This document shows positions 47,528 to 55,767 of a stretch of 64,000 bases of DNA, piece by piece. This stretch comes from Candidatus Falkowbacteria bacterium (lineage in GTDB: Bacteria > Patescibacteriota > Patescibacteriia > UBA11705 > JABHMO01). The notes beneath the pieces were generated by a model. That model worked only from the letters and a program-made list of their open reading frames with translations, did not search any database and was not told where the DNA came from. The stretch is from positions 8,553 to 72,552 of the forward strand of contig JABHAL010000013.1 in the NCBI GenBank assembly GCA_018674305.1, written 5' to 3'. The first letter of the stretch is position 1; each line of letters starts with the position of its first letter. The translations under genes and the position numbers were made by a program.

Positions 47528-48813
47528 TTAATCCAGAAATTCAACAATTAGCAGAAAAAAGCCTTAAGGTTAATTTCACAGAAGTTCAACAACAACGTTT
47601 TGATAAATTAATGTCTGAATTAGAAGAAATCTCAGGTGGTTTGGGTTTTTCTGAACTCAAAGCGAAAACGTTGAGTCTACCACCAAATTCAGTTGCTGGA
47701 AAAAGAGCGCTTCAGCGTCTTCGCGATTATATTACCAAAAAAGAAAAGATTGTTGTGTTCATTGAGACAAGAGACATGAGTCCAAATTGGCAGGATTACA
47801 AAAAGACACGTGAATTATCATCAATTTATGGTGATTCTGAAAGACCTTTTTCAGCTGACTGGTTGGATGAGGATAATATGTTGGTTCGTTATACTATTTT
47901 TGGTGGTGATGAGGATACTATGGCCATGGTTTATCCGGAGTCTGGGGCTATGTTTGATGGTCTTCGAGAGGGACTTTTCAAAGGAGGGATTTCTTTCTAT
48001 AAAATGATTGATAATCAAAGCGCCTATTGCATTGATTCTAAAAATTTTTTATATAAACTTGATTGGACAGGTAAGGCAATGCTTGATGCAGAAATAGTAT
48101 CTTTAGGTAGAATAAATAGAGATAATCTTGAGGCATCTGAAATTGCTATAGTCGGGAAAGACATTTTGTTAATTTCTATGACTGATGATAAGCTGATTAT
48201 GTGGGATGTTAGTGCAAAACAAAAGATTTTCACTTTTCAAGGAAAACATGAGGACAGTATTATGAGTACACAAAGATTATCACCAGCTAGTGTTGTCACT
48301 TTGGATCTCAGTGGTGGAATTGCAGCTTGGAATTTATTAGGAAATAAAGAAAATGTTTGGTATGAAACTATTGCCCCTGCTACAAATCACTTTATCGATA
48401 TGCAATGCCAGGATGATAATTTTGTTAATAGCGTGGTTACAAAAGATAATATTATTGTACATGCCAACGTAACAAGCAAGTTCAAAACGGAATCAGATGT
48501 GCCAGATATTACACGTTCCGAGCTTATATTTCTAAATAAAAAGGGAAAAGAGCAATATAGGGTTGAGTTGCCAAAGGACTTGCAAATATTCGATAAAATT
48601 TATGAGATTCAGCTGACTGATGACAATAAATTACTGTTGGGAATGGAATCAGGCGAAGTTTTGGTTTATGATATTAAAACGAATAAGATTGTCAGTACAA
48701 TTGGCGATCCAGATGAAGAAAAAAAAGGCGTTGAGAGAATGCAGGTTTTGCCAAATAACCAATTGATGGTAACGTATGGAGATGCTACGATTGCGTTTTT
48801 CGATGAAAAGTAG
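47524..48813 (+). CDS. family-X paralog D: N-terminal module + beta-propeller-like C-terminus
   Basis: N-terminus MINPEIQQLAEKSLKVNFTEVQQQRFDKLMSELEEISGGLGFSELKAK. The C-terminus has WD-like blades (DDKLIMWDVSAKQKIFTFQGKHEDSI, GGIAAWNL, GEVLVYDIKTNKIVSTIG). Confidence 0.6.
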   Translation: MINPEIQQLAEKSLKVNFTEVQQQRFDKLMSELEEISGGLGFSELKAKTLSLPPNSVAGKRALQRLRDYITKKEKIVVFIETRDMSPNWQDYKKTRELSSIYGDSERPFSADWLDEDNMLVRYTIFGGDEDTMAMVYPESGAMFDGLREGLFKGGISFYKMIDNQSAYCIDSKNFLYKLDWTGKAMLDAEIVSLGRINRDNLEASEIAIVGKDILLISMTDDKLIMWDVSAKQKIFTFQGKHEDSIMSTQRLSPASVVTLDLSGGIAAWNLLGNKENVWYETIAPATNHFIDMQCQDDNFVNSVVTKDNIIVHANVTSKFKTESDVPDITRSELIFLNKKGKEQYRVELPKDLQIFDKIYEIQLTDDNKLLLGMESGEVLVYDIKTNKIVSTIGDPDEEKKGVERMQVLPNNQLMVTYGDATIAFFDEK

Positions 48814-48952
48814 GAGCAGTAATTGGTAATCAGTCCCGATGAATCAGCAAAGCTGATTATCGGGATCCCGCCTTACGTCGGGATAATTAGTAACTAGTAA
48901 ATAGTAGTGAGTAACTAAATAATTTTTTAAACTAGATCAAAATTCAAAGAAC

Positions 48953-49648
48953 ATGTTAACTCCTGAACACAATTTAACTGAACGCTCACTCCAAGCTAAC
49001 TTCACCGAAGTTCAGCAAGCTCATTTCGATAAATTAATGTCTGAATTAGAAGTGATTTCAGATGGTTTGGGTTTTGCTGAGCTTAAAGCAAAGGCTGAAG
49101 AGGGAGATAAAGAAGCCCTTCAGGTAATGAGGGATTATATTACTAAGAAAGAACAGATTGTTGAGTTTATTGAGAAGAAGGAAGTGCCTGAGAATGAGTG
49201 GCGTGAAGAGGAACTTAAAGTTGGAGATGAGGTCTTTGTTTTGAATACTGCGCATTTTGGAGAAAAAGTGAAAATTTTAGATATTAACGATTTAGGTAAA
49301 GTTAAAAGGTATTATGTTAAGGTCAAGGAAGGTGCCAATACAAATTTACGATTTTTTCAGGATTGGTATTTAGCCAAAAATAAACCAGAAGAATTTGATG
49401 CTGATCGAGCGGGTAAAATTTATTTACTTGATTTAAAAAAATATAACGGGCTTACTGTCGGCGATTTTTTTTCTAAAGGTGTAGAAAATAGAGAAATTTT
49501 AGGTTTCAAAATGCCAGAACATCCCCATCACCGAGTCGGATTAACGATTGTTGTTAAAAAAGACGGCGAGGCAACATTTTTAATGTCATACAAAAGATTC
49601 ATAGAACTAAATGAGGAGCAAAATTATAAAAAAGTCGAAAAGTCTTAA
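48953..49648 (+). CDS. family-X paralog E (231 aa): N-terminal module + SH3/KOW-like units
   Basis: N-terminus MLTPEHNLTERSLQANFTEVQQAHFDKLMSELEVISDGLGFAELKAKAEEGDKEALQVMRDYITKKEQIVEFIEKKEVPENEW. The C-terminus is colinear with F, G and H. Confidence 0.65.
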   Translation: MLTPEHNLTERSLQANFTEVQQAHFDKLMSELEVISDGLGFAELKAKAEEGDKEALQVMRDYITKKEQIVEFIEKKEVPENEWREEELKVGDEVFVLNTAHFGEKVKILDINDLGKVKRYYVKVKEGANTNLRFFQDWYLAKNKPEEFDADRAGKIYLLDLKKYNGLTVGDFFSKGVENREILGFKMPEHPHHRVGLTIVVKKDGEATFLMSYKRFIELNEEQNYKKVEKS

Positions 49649-49689
49649 ACACGTAACACATAACACGTATCCTGTAACAATCATAAAAA

Positions 49690-50385
49690 ATGTTAAATCC
49701 CGAACAACAATTAATAGAAAGATCTCTTCACGCTAACTTCACTGAAGTTCAGCAACAACATTTTGATAAACTAATGTCTGAGCTGGAACAGATTTCAGGT
49801 GGTTTAGGTTTTTCTGAATTTAAAGCTAAAGCTGAAACTGGTGACAAAGAAGCATTACAAGTAATGCGTGATTATATCGCCAAGAAAGAGCAGGTTGTTG
49901 AGTTTATTGAGAAGAAGGAAGTTCCTGAGAATGAATGGCGAGAGGAGGAGCTTAAAGTTGGAGACGAGGTTTTTATATTGTATGCCGCACATTTTGGAGA
50001 AAAAGTAAAAATTATAGATATTGACGATTTAGGTAAAGTTAAAAAGTATCATGTTCAGGTCAGTGTAGTTGACGATACAAATTCTCGGTTTTTGAAAGAT
50101 AGTCAATTAGCTAAAAATAAACCAGAAAAATATTATGCTGACAGATTGAGTGAAATTGATTTACTGGACTTGAAAAAATATATAGATCTTTGTGTGGACG
50201 ATGTTTATTCTGATGGTCAGGAGATAAAAGAAATTATTGGGTTTATGATGCCAATCGCTGCAAATCATGAGGATGGTTTAACAATAGTGTATAAAGCAAC
50301 TAATGGTCAGACATATGCAACATCATACAGACGTTTTAAACAGATTAATCGTGGACTCGATTATAAAAAAGTAGAAAAGTCTTAA
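49690..50385 (+). CDS. family-X paralog F (231 aa)
   Basis: Full-length homolog of E (N-terminal module plus VGDEVFIL..GEKVKII..LAKNKPEKY..LLDLKKY). Confidence 0.65.
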   Translation: MLNPEQQLIERSLHANFTEVQQQHFDKLMSELEQISGGLGFSEFKAKAETGDKEALQVMRDYIAKKEQVVEFIEKKEVPENEWREEELKVGDEVFILYAAHFGEKVKIIDIDDLGKVKKYHVQVSVVDDTNSRFLKDSQLAKNKPEKYYADRLSEIDLLDLKKYIDLCVDDVYSDGQEIKEIIGFMMPIAANHEDGLTIVYKATNGQTYATSYRRFKQINRGLDYKKVEKS

Positions 50386-50447
50386 GCGTATAGCGTGAAT
50401 CGTATAGCGCGTAACACATATCCCGTACCCCGTAACAAAATTAAAAT

Positions 50448-51158
50448 ATGATCAATCCCGAGCAACAATTAACAGAAAAATCTCTCCATGCTAACTTTAC
50501 CGAAGTTCAGCAACAACATTTTGATAAACTAATGTCTGAGTTGGAGGTGATCTCAGGTGGATTAGGTTTTGCTGAACTTAAAGAGAAGGCTGACGCGGGT
50601 AATAAAGAAGCATTGCAAGTAATGCGTGATTATATCGCCAAGAAAGAGCAAATTGTTGAGTTTATTGAAAAGAAGGAGATGCCTGAGAATGAATGGCGAG
50701 ATGAGGAATTCAAGTTTGGTGATGAAGTCTATATAGTGGGAGGGGGTTATTCTGGTAGAAAAGGAACAGTTGAGAATAATGATAGTTCTGGTAACGTAAT
50801 TCGAGTACTGGTTTTTAGCAAAGATGAGAATGGCGATGCCGAAATAATTTATTTTAATCCTGAAGATGTAGCCAAAAATAAACCGGAAAAAATCCAATCT
50901 GACCGACTTGGTGAAATTGAGTTACTTGATTTGAAAAAATATGAAGATTATGCTGTTGGTGATATTTTTGTGCGACATAATAGGACTAAAACAAAAACAA
51001 GAGAGATTTTAGGTTTTAGTATGCCTGATAGCTTTACTCACGAAGAAGGCCTGAAAATTGTTTTTAAATATGGTGATGGTGATGTGTATACTGCACGTCG
51101 CTTCAGATTCGAGAATGAAATTATTGCTTTAGTTTACAAAAAAGTAGAAAAGCCTTAA
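50448..51158 (+). CDS. family-X paralog G (236 aa)
   Basis: Full-length homolog of E and F. Its first ~65 nt are identical to H, and it has a near-identical 62-nt upstream spacer. Confidence 0.65.
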   Translation: MINPEQQLTEKSLHANFTEVQQQHFDKLMSELEVISGGLGFAELKEKADAGNKEALQVMRDYIAKKEQIVEFIEKKEMPENEWRDEEFKFGDEVYIVGGGYSGRKGTVENNDSSGNVIRVLVFSKDENGDAEIIYFNPEDVAKNKPEKIQSDRLGEIELLDLKKYEDYAVGDIFVRHNRTKTKTREILGFSMPDSFTHEEGLKIVFKYGDGDVYTARRFRFENEIIALVYKKVEKP

Positions 51159-51220
51159 GCGTATAGCGTGAATCGTATAGCGCGTAACACATATCCCGTA
51201 TCCCGGAACAAAATTAAAAT

Positions 51221-51925
51221 ATGATCAATCCCGAGCAACAATTAACAGAAAAATCTCTCCATGCTAACTTTACCGAAGTTCAACAACGATATTTTGATAA
51301 ATTAATGTCTGAATTGGAAGTGATCTCGGATGGTTTGGGTTTTACTGAACTTAAAGCGACTGCTGAAGCGGGTAATAAAGAGGCTCTTCAAGTAATGAGG
51401 GATTATATCTCCAAGAAAGAACAGATTGTTGAGTTTATTGAGAAAAAAGAATTGCCAGAAGTAAATGAATTGAGAGACGAGGAATTAAAAGTTGGTGATG
51501 AGGTTTTTATATTAGAGAATTTTTCATTTGGAGCAACGGGCAAAATATTAAGTATTCCTAGAAGTTCGGATAGTAAAGCTTTTATGGTTGATGGAATTAA
51601 GGATAGTAATAATCCTTCAATGAAAGAATATGGATTTGAAGGACGATTGTTGGCCAAAAATAAGTCAGAAAAATATAATGCTGATAGACTTGGTGAAATA
51701 GATTTGCTAGACTTAAAAAAGTATAACGATATAACAGTTGGTGATATTTATCGCTCCGAGGATGGTAAAGGAGAAATAGAAGTTGTTGGCTTAAGTATGC
51801 CAATAAATGCTAAGATTGAAGATGGTCTATTAATTGTGTATAAAATAGGTAATGGGCAAACGTATGCCAAGTTAAATCGCTGGTTTCGGCGAGATCTTAA
51901 AGCTCGTAATTATAGAAAAGCATAG
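51221..51925 (+). CDS. family-X paralog H (234 aa)
   Basis: Full-length homolog of E, F and G. Confidence 0.65.
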   Translation: MINPEQQLTEKSLHANFTEVQQRYFDKLMSELEVISDGLGFTELKATAEAGNKEALQVMRDYISKKEQIVEFIEKKELPEVNELRDEELKVGDEVFILENFSFGATGKILSIPRSSDSKAFMVDGIKDSNNPSMKEYGFEGRLLAKNKSEKYNADRLGEIDLLDLKKYNDITVGDIYRSEDGKGEIEVVGLSMPINAKIEDGLLIVYKIGNGQTYAKLNRWFRRDLKARNYRKA

Positions 51926-52057
51926 AAATGAAACCATGTATTCGTAGCAAAATCGTAAGTAAATTAAGATGAAGACTTTATTCCCGTAATTTAATTTATT
52001 AATCACTTTAGTTATCTTTTTTCGCCCTCTTTATCCTCTTAATCCTATTTAAAAAAT

Positions 52058-53755
52058 ATGAACAAAATAAAACAACAATTAGCGGATTACTTAAGTAAAA
52101 AATTAAAGATTAAAGTTGAACCAAGTCAATTTACTGAGCCGCCAAATCGTGAAATGGGCGACCTCGCATTACCATGTTTTGATTTGGCGGCACAATTGAA
52201 ACTTGATCCTCAAGCGACCTGCCAGGAGATCCTTAAACGCGCGCAGGCCGACATGCTGGAGATTATTGAAGAAGTAAAAGCGGCTGGGCCTTATCTTAAT
52301 TTTGTAATTAAAAGCGCATATCTAAACAAGCTGGTTCTGGAAAGTAAATTTGAACCCGAAAAGAAAGTTACAGAAAAAGTAATGATTGAGTATTCTCAGC
52401 CAAACACTCATAAAGAATTTCACGTTGGCCATTCTCGAAACGCAATTCTTGGTGCAGCTTTGGTAAAGATTCATCGTTTCCTAAATAAAAAACCTAAAAA
52501 TGTAATTGCTGCTAACTATATTGGCGACACTGGAGTGCATGTAGCTAAAGTATTGTGGTACATAACCAAGTTTAATTCTAATATTGATATACCCAAGGGT
52601 GTAACTAACTCAGAATACCTTGGCCAAGCTTATACTGAAGCTGTGAAAAAGCTGGAAGAAGATGAAACCCTAAATCAGGAAGTTAGCGATATTCACAAAG
52701 AGCTGGAAGCCGGCGATAAAGATTTAGTTTCCTTGTGGAGATCAACCAAAGAGTGGAGCATGATAGGTTTTTATGATGTATACAATTTACTTAATGTTGA
52801 ATTTGATGAATGGTTTTGGGAAAGTGAAGAAGAAGCCGTTGGAAAAAAGATTGTTCAGAATATTCTTGATGAAAAAACAATTCCACAAATTAGAAAAAGT
52901 GATGGCGCCGTGATTGCTGATTTAAAGGAGTTCAAGCTGGAAGTCTTAGTTTTGATCAAGTCTGATGGAAACGCGCTTTACGGCGCAAAGGATATTCCAC
53001 TTGGTATGAAAAAGTTTGATAAGTTCAAAGTTAAAAAATCTATCTATGTGGTTGATAATCGACAGTCATTGTATATAAAACAAGTTTTTAAGCTTTTGGA
53101 TTTACTGGGATATGAGGATCGTGAGAAAATTCACGTGGCTTATGATTTTGTAACATTGCCAGACGGTGCGATGGCTTCAAGAAAAGGGAACGTGGTAACT
53201 TTTTCCAAGTTTTATAATGAGATCTGGAAGAAAACAATTGAAGAAACCAAAGAACGTCATGATGAGTGGCCGAGGGATAGGATTGAAGCAGTGGCCAGTA
53301 AAATTGCGTTGGCAGCTATTAAGTTTTTTATGTTGAAATATGATAATAATTCGGTAATAGTTTTTGATGTTAAGAAGGCCTTAGCATTTGAAGGTGATTC
53401 TGGTCCGTATTTACTTTATACTTTAGCTAGGATTAATTCTATTTTACGAAAAACCAAACTTAAAGGTAAGGTTGATTATTCTTTGCTAACTGATAAAACT
53501 GAAAAAGCTTTGATTTTACATATGAGTAATTTTAATGAAATTGTAGTCAAAGTTGCTCAAGATAACGTGCCAATGCGACTCTGCACCTACTTAATTGATC
53601 TAACTCAACTGTATAATAATTTTTATCATCAGTGCCCAGTTTTGAAATCTGAGGAAAACTTACGTTTAGCACGTTTGACTTTATGCTCAAAAGTGAAATT
53701 TTTGCTTGAAAAGGGACTAAATTTATTGAATATTGACCCTGTTGATGAAATGTAG
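52058..53755 (+). CDS. argS: arginyl-tRNA synthetase
   Basis: N-terminal Arg_tRNA_synt_N-like region, class I HIGH-like EFHVGHSRNAILG, and a C-terminal DALR anticodon-binding-like region. 565 aa. Confidence 0.9.
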   Translation: MNKIKQQLADYLSKKLKIKVEPSQFTEPPNREMGDLALPCFDLAAQLKLDPQATCQEILKRAQADMLEIIEEVKAAGPYLNFVIKSAYLNKLVLESKFEPEKKVTEKVMIEYSQPNTHKEFHVGHSRNAILGAALVKIHRFLNKKPKNVIAANYIGDTGVHVAKVLWYITKFNSNIDIPKGVTNSEYLGQAYTEAVKKLEEDETLNQEVSDIHKELEAGDKDLVSLWRSTKEWSMIGFYDVYNLLNVEFDEWFWESEEEAVGKKIVQNILDEKTIPQIRKSDGAVIADLKEFKLEVLVLIKSDGNALYGAKDIPLGMKKFDKFKVKKSIYVVDNRQSLYIKQVFKLLDLLGYEDREKIHVAYDFVTLPDGAMASRKGNVVTFSKFYNEIWKKTIEETKERHDEWPRDRIEAVASKIALAAIKFFMLKYDNNSVIVFDVKKALAFEGDSGPYLLYTLARINSILRKTKLKGKVDYSLLTDKTEKALILHMSNFNEIVVKVAQDNVPMRLCTYLIDLTQLYNNFYHQCPVLKSEENLRLARLTLCSKVKFLLEKGLNLLNIDPVDEM

Positions 53756-53845
53756 ATAACTTTTTGACCCAAGCCTCGTATTTTAGTAAGATAGAGGTAT
53801 ATTGAAGGGGGAATGGGAGGGGTTAATAAATAACGAACTTAAATT

Positions 53846-54298
53846 ATGTTTAAATCCAATGGAGAAGAAGATTATAACGAAAATGTAGTTGACGACACTG
53901 TAATCGGTCAATCAATAAAAATTGAAGGTGATTTGGTTAGTAATGGTAGCATTACAGTTGAGGGGGAGGTTATTGGTAGCGTCAAAACTGAACAAACTTT
54001 GAAGATTGGTGAAAGAGCTAAAGTTAAGGCGGAAGTAAACGCTAATGAGGCATTTGTTTCAGGGAAAGTTAGTGGCAACATAGTGGTCAAAGGAAAATTA
54101 GAACTTAGTAATACTGCTGAAGTTAATGGCGACATTGAAGCCAGTACTTTACAAATTGATGCCGGCGCTGTTTTTAATGGTCGTTGTTCGATGACTGATA
54201 ATGCAAGCCCAACATCAGCTGAAGGAAAAGATCCTTCTTCGCCTGAAGCTACGAAGGACAAGGAAGACCAGGCTGAGATTTTTAGTGATGAAGATTAG
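53846..54298 (+). CDS. bactofilin family protein
   Basis: DUF583 beta-helix repeats (IEGDLVSNGSITVEGEVIGSVKT..GKVSGNIVVKGKLELSNTAEVNGDIEA) and an acidic disordered C-terminal tail. Confidence 0.8.
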   Translation: MFKSNGEEDYNENVVDDTVIGQSIKIEGDLVSNGSITVEGEVIGSVKTEQTLKIGERAKVKAEVNANEAFVSGKVSGNIVVKGKLELSNTAEVNGDIEASTLQIDAGAVFNGRCSMTDNASPTSAEGKDPSSPEATKDKEDQAEIFSDED

Positions 54299-54332
54299 AC
54301 TCATGAATCATGTATCATGAAGCAACACTTTA

Positions 54333-55145
54333 GTGATGTTACATGCTACAGGCTGTATGTATTATTACATTTACGACACATTTTTAGGTGATAAAAAATA
54401 CGAAAAAACAATTGATCGTATCAAGACCAGGTTGTTAGATTTAGAAATTCAGGGAAAACACGAACGACTGACCTTACTTAAAAGTGTTGATGAATTAATT
54501 AACGATGAAGCCAAGCGGGGAGTAAAAACTGTCGTTGTTCTTGGTAATGATAAGACGTTTCTTAAAGTCGTTAATATAATTGCCAAAAATAAAATTACAC
54601 TAGGACTGATTCCTGTTGGCCCAGGCAATAATATTGCTAAGTGTTTAGGCTTACCAATGGAAGATGCTGCTTGTGAAGTGATTGCAGCTCGTACAATTGT
54701 TAAATTTGATTTAGGGAAGGTGGGCGAACAATACTTTTTTGCCAATTTGAAAATTAATAAAAACCTAGATCGCTTAAGTGTAGAAAAAGATAATTATAAA
54801 ATTGTACCACAGGCTGATTGTGCAGAAATTGAGGTCAATAATTTTTACTTTCCGAATGAGAAAAGAAAAACTGAAAGTAAAATGAAGAAATTTTCCGCTC
54901 AAGATAATAAAGTTGAATTGGTTATCAGGTCAAAGGTAAATAAAAGAGCCTGGTTTAGCCAAAAACAACCTCAGCCAAAGATCGACACTATTATTCAGGG
55001 AACAGATTTCAAAATTAAGAGCTTCGAATATTTACCCGTGACTTTAGATAATTATAAAATAATTAAAACACCGGTTGTTGTAGAAATCGAACCGAAAATA
55101 TTTCAGGTGATTGTCGGGAAGGGTAGACAAAAAAATATTAATTAA
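54333..55145 (+). CDS. diacylglycerol-kinase-catalytic-domain-like protein (degenerate motifs)
   Basis: VVVLGNDKTFLKVVN...LGLIPVGPGNNIAKCLGL aligns to DAGK_cat/NAD-kinase motifs (VVxGGDGT...GIIPxGTGNDFAR). The Gly/Asp signature residues are altered. Confidence 0.4.
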   Translation: MMLHATGCMYYYIYDTFLGDKKYEKTIDRIKTRLLDLEIQGKHERLTLLKSVDELINDEAKRGVKTVVVLGNDKTFLKVVNIIAKNKITLGLIPVGPGNNIAKCLGLPMEDAACEVIAARTIVKFDLGKVGEQYFFANLKINKNLDRLSVEKDNYKIVPQADCAEIEVNNFYFPNEKRKTESKMKKFSAQDNKVELVIRSKVNKRAWFSQKQPQPKIDTIIQGTDFKIKSFEYLPVTLDNYKIIKTPVVVEIEPKIFQVIVGKGRQKNIN

Positions 55146-55266
55146 AACAAAAAATGATAATACGAATTTACTCAGGATGCGAATGATGCGAATAAGCGAA
55201 TATATTAAGGATATCAGATTCGCATATTAGCGGCATTCGTATGAAGGTTTATTCGTATCACTTATT

Positions 55267-55449
55267 ATGAATGTTCAAGTAAACAAAGAAACCTGTATCG
55301 GCTGTGGCTCTTGCGCAGCTATTGCTGGTGAAGTATTTCAAATGGTTGACGGTAAAGCTGAAGTAATTGCTGGTGATTTGACTGGCAAAGAAGAAATGGC
55401 GAACCAAGCTAACGACGCTTGTCCGGTTGCCTGTATAACTGTTGAATAA
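55267..55449 (+). CDS. ferredoxin (single [4Fe-4S]/[3Fe-4S] cluster)
   Basis: 60 aa with CIGCGSC....CP. A direct/inverted GCGAAT repeat array lies upstream. Confidence 0.8.
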   Translation: MNVQVNKETCIGCGSCAAIAGEVFQMVDGKAEVIAGDLTGKEEMANQANDACPVACITVE

Positions 55450-55498
55450 TTTTAAAAAATATGCAAAAATAGCACTAGAGGGTGCTGTTTTTGTTTTT

Positions 55499-55584
55499 GC
55501 CCAGGTGGTGGAATTGGTATACACACATGGTTGAGGGCCATGGCTCTCCGGGGCGTGCGGGTTCAAGTCCCGCTCTGGGCACCA
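55499..55584 (+). tRNA. tRNA-Leu (anticodon GAG), type II with long variable arm
   Basis: Acceptor gcccagg/tctgggc (G7-U66), anticodon stem catgg/ccatg with loop ttGAGgg, variable arm gctctccggggcgt, T arm gcggg-ttcaagt-cccgc, discriminator a and encoded CCA. Confidence 0.8.
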
Positions 55585-55590
55585 CTATGT

Positions 55591-55658
55591 AAACAGGGGT
55601 TCAGCCGGCATGCGCCGGCTGCCCGGCGAATGCCGGGCAAGTCCCGCTCTGGGCACCA
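55591..55658 (+). repeat. partial copy of tRNA-Leu T-arm/acceptor 3' end interrupted by two GC-rich hairpins
   Basis: aggggttca + [gccggc-atgc-gccggc][tgcccggc-gaat-gccgggca] + agtcccgctctgggcacca. The last 21 nt are identical to tRNA-Leu 55564-55584. The second hairpin shares the core gcccggcgWatgccgggc with the element at 31441..31510. Confidence 0.6.
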
Positions 55659-55767
55659 TAAGAATTTTATTATTAAAAATAAGATTCTTTTTTTGTTGAT
55701 AAATTTTTTATATATAAGCATAAATATGGTATAATTTAATTGCATAATTATTAATTGCGTATATTTT

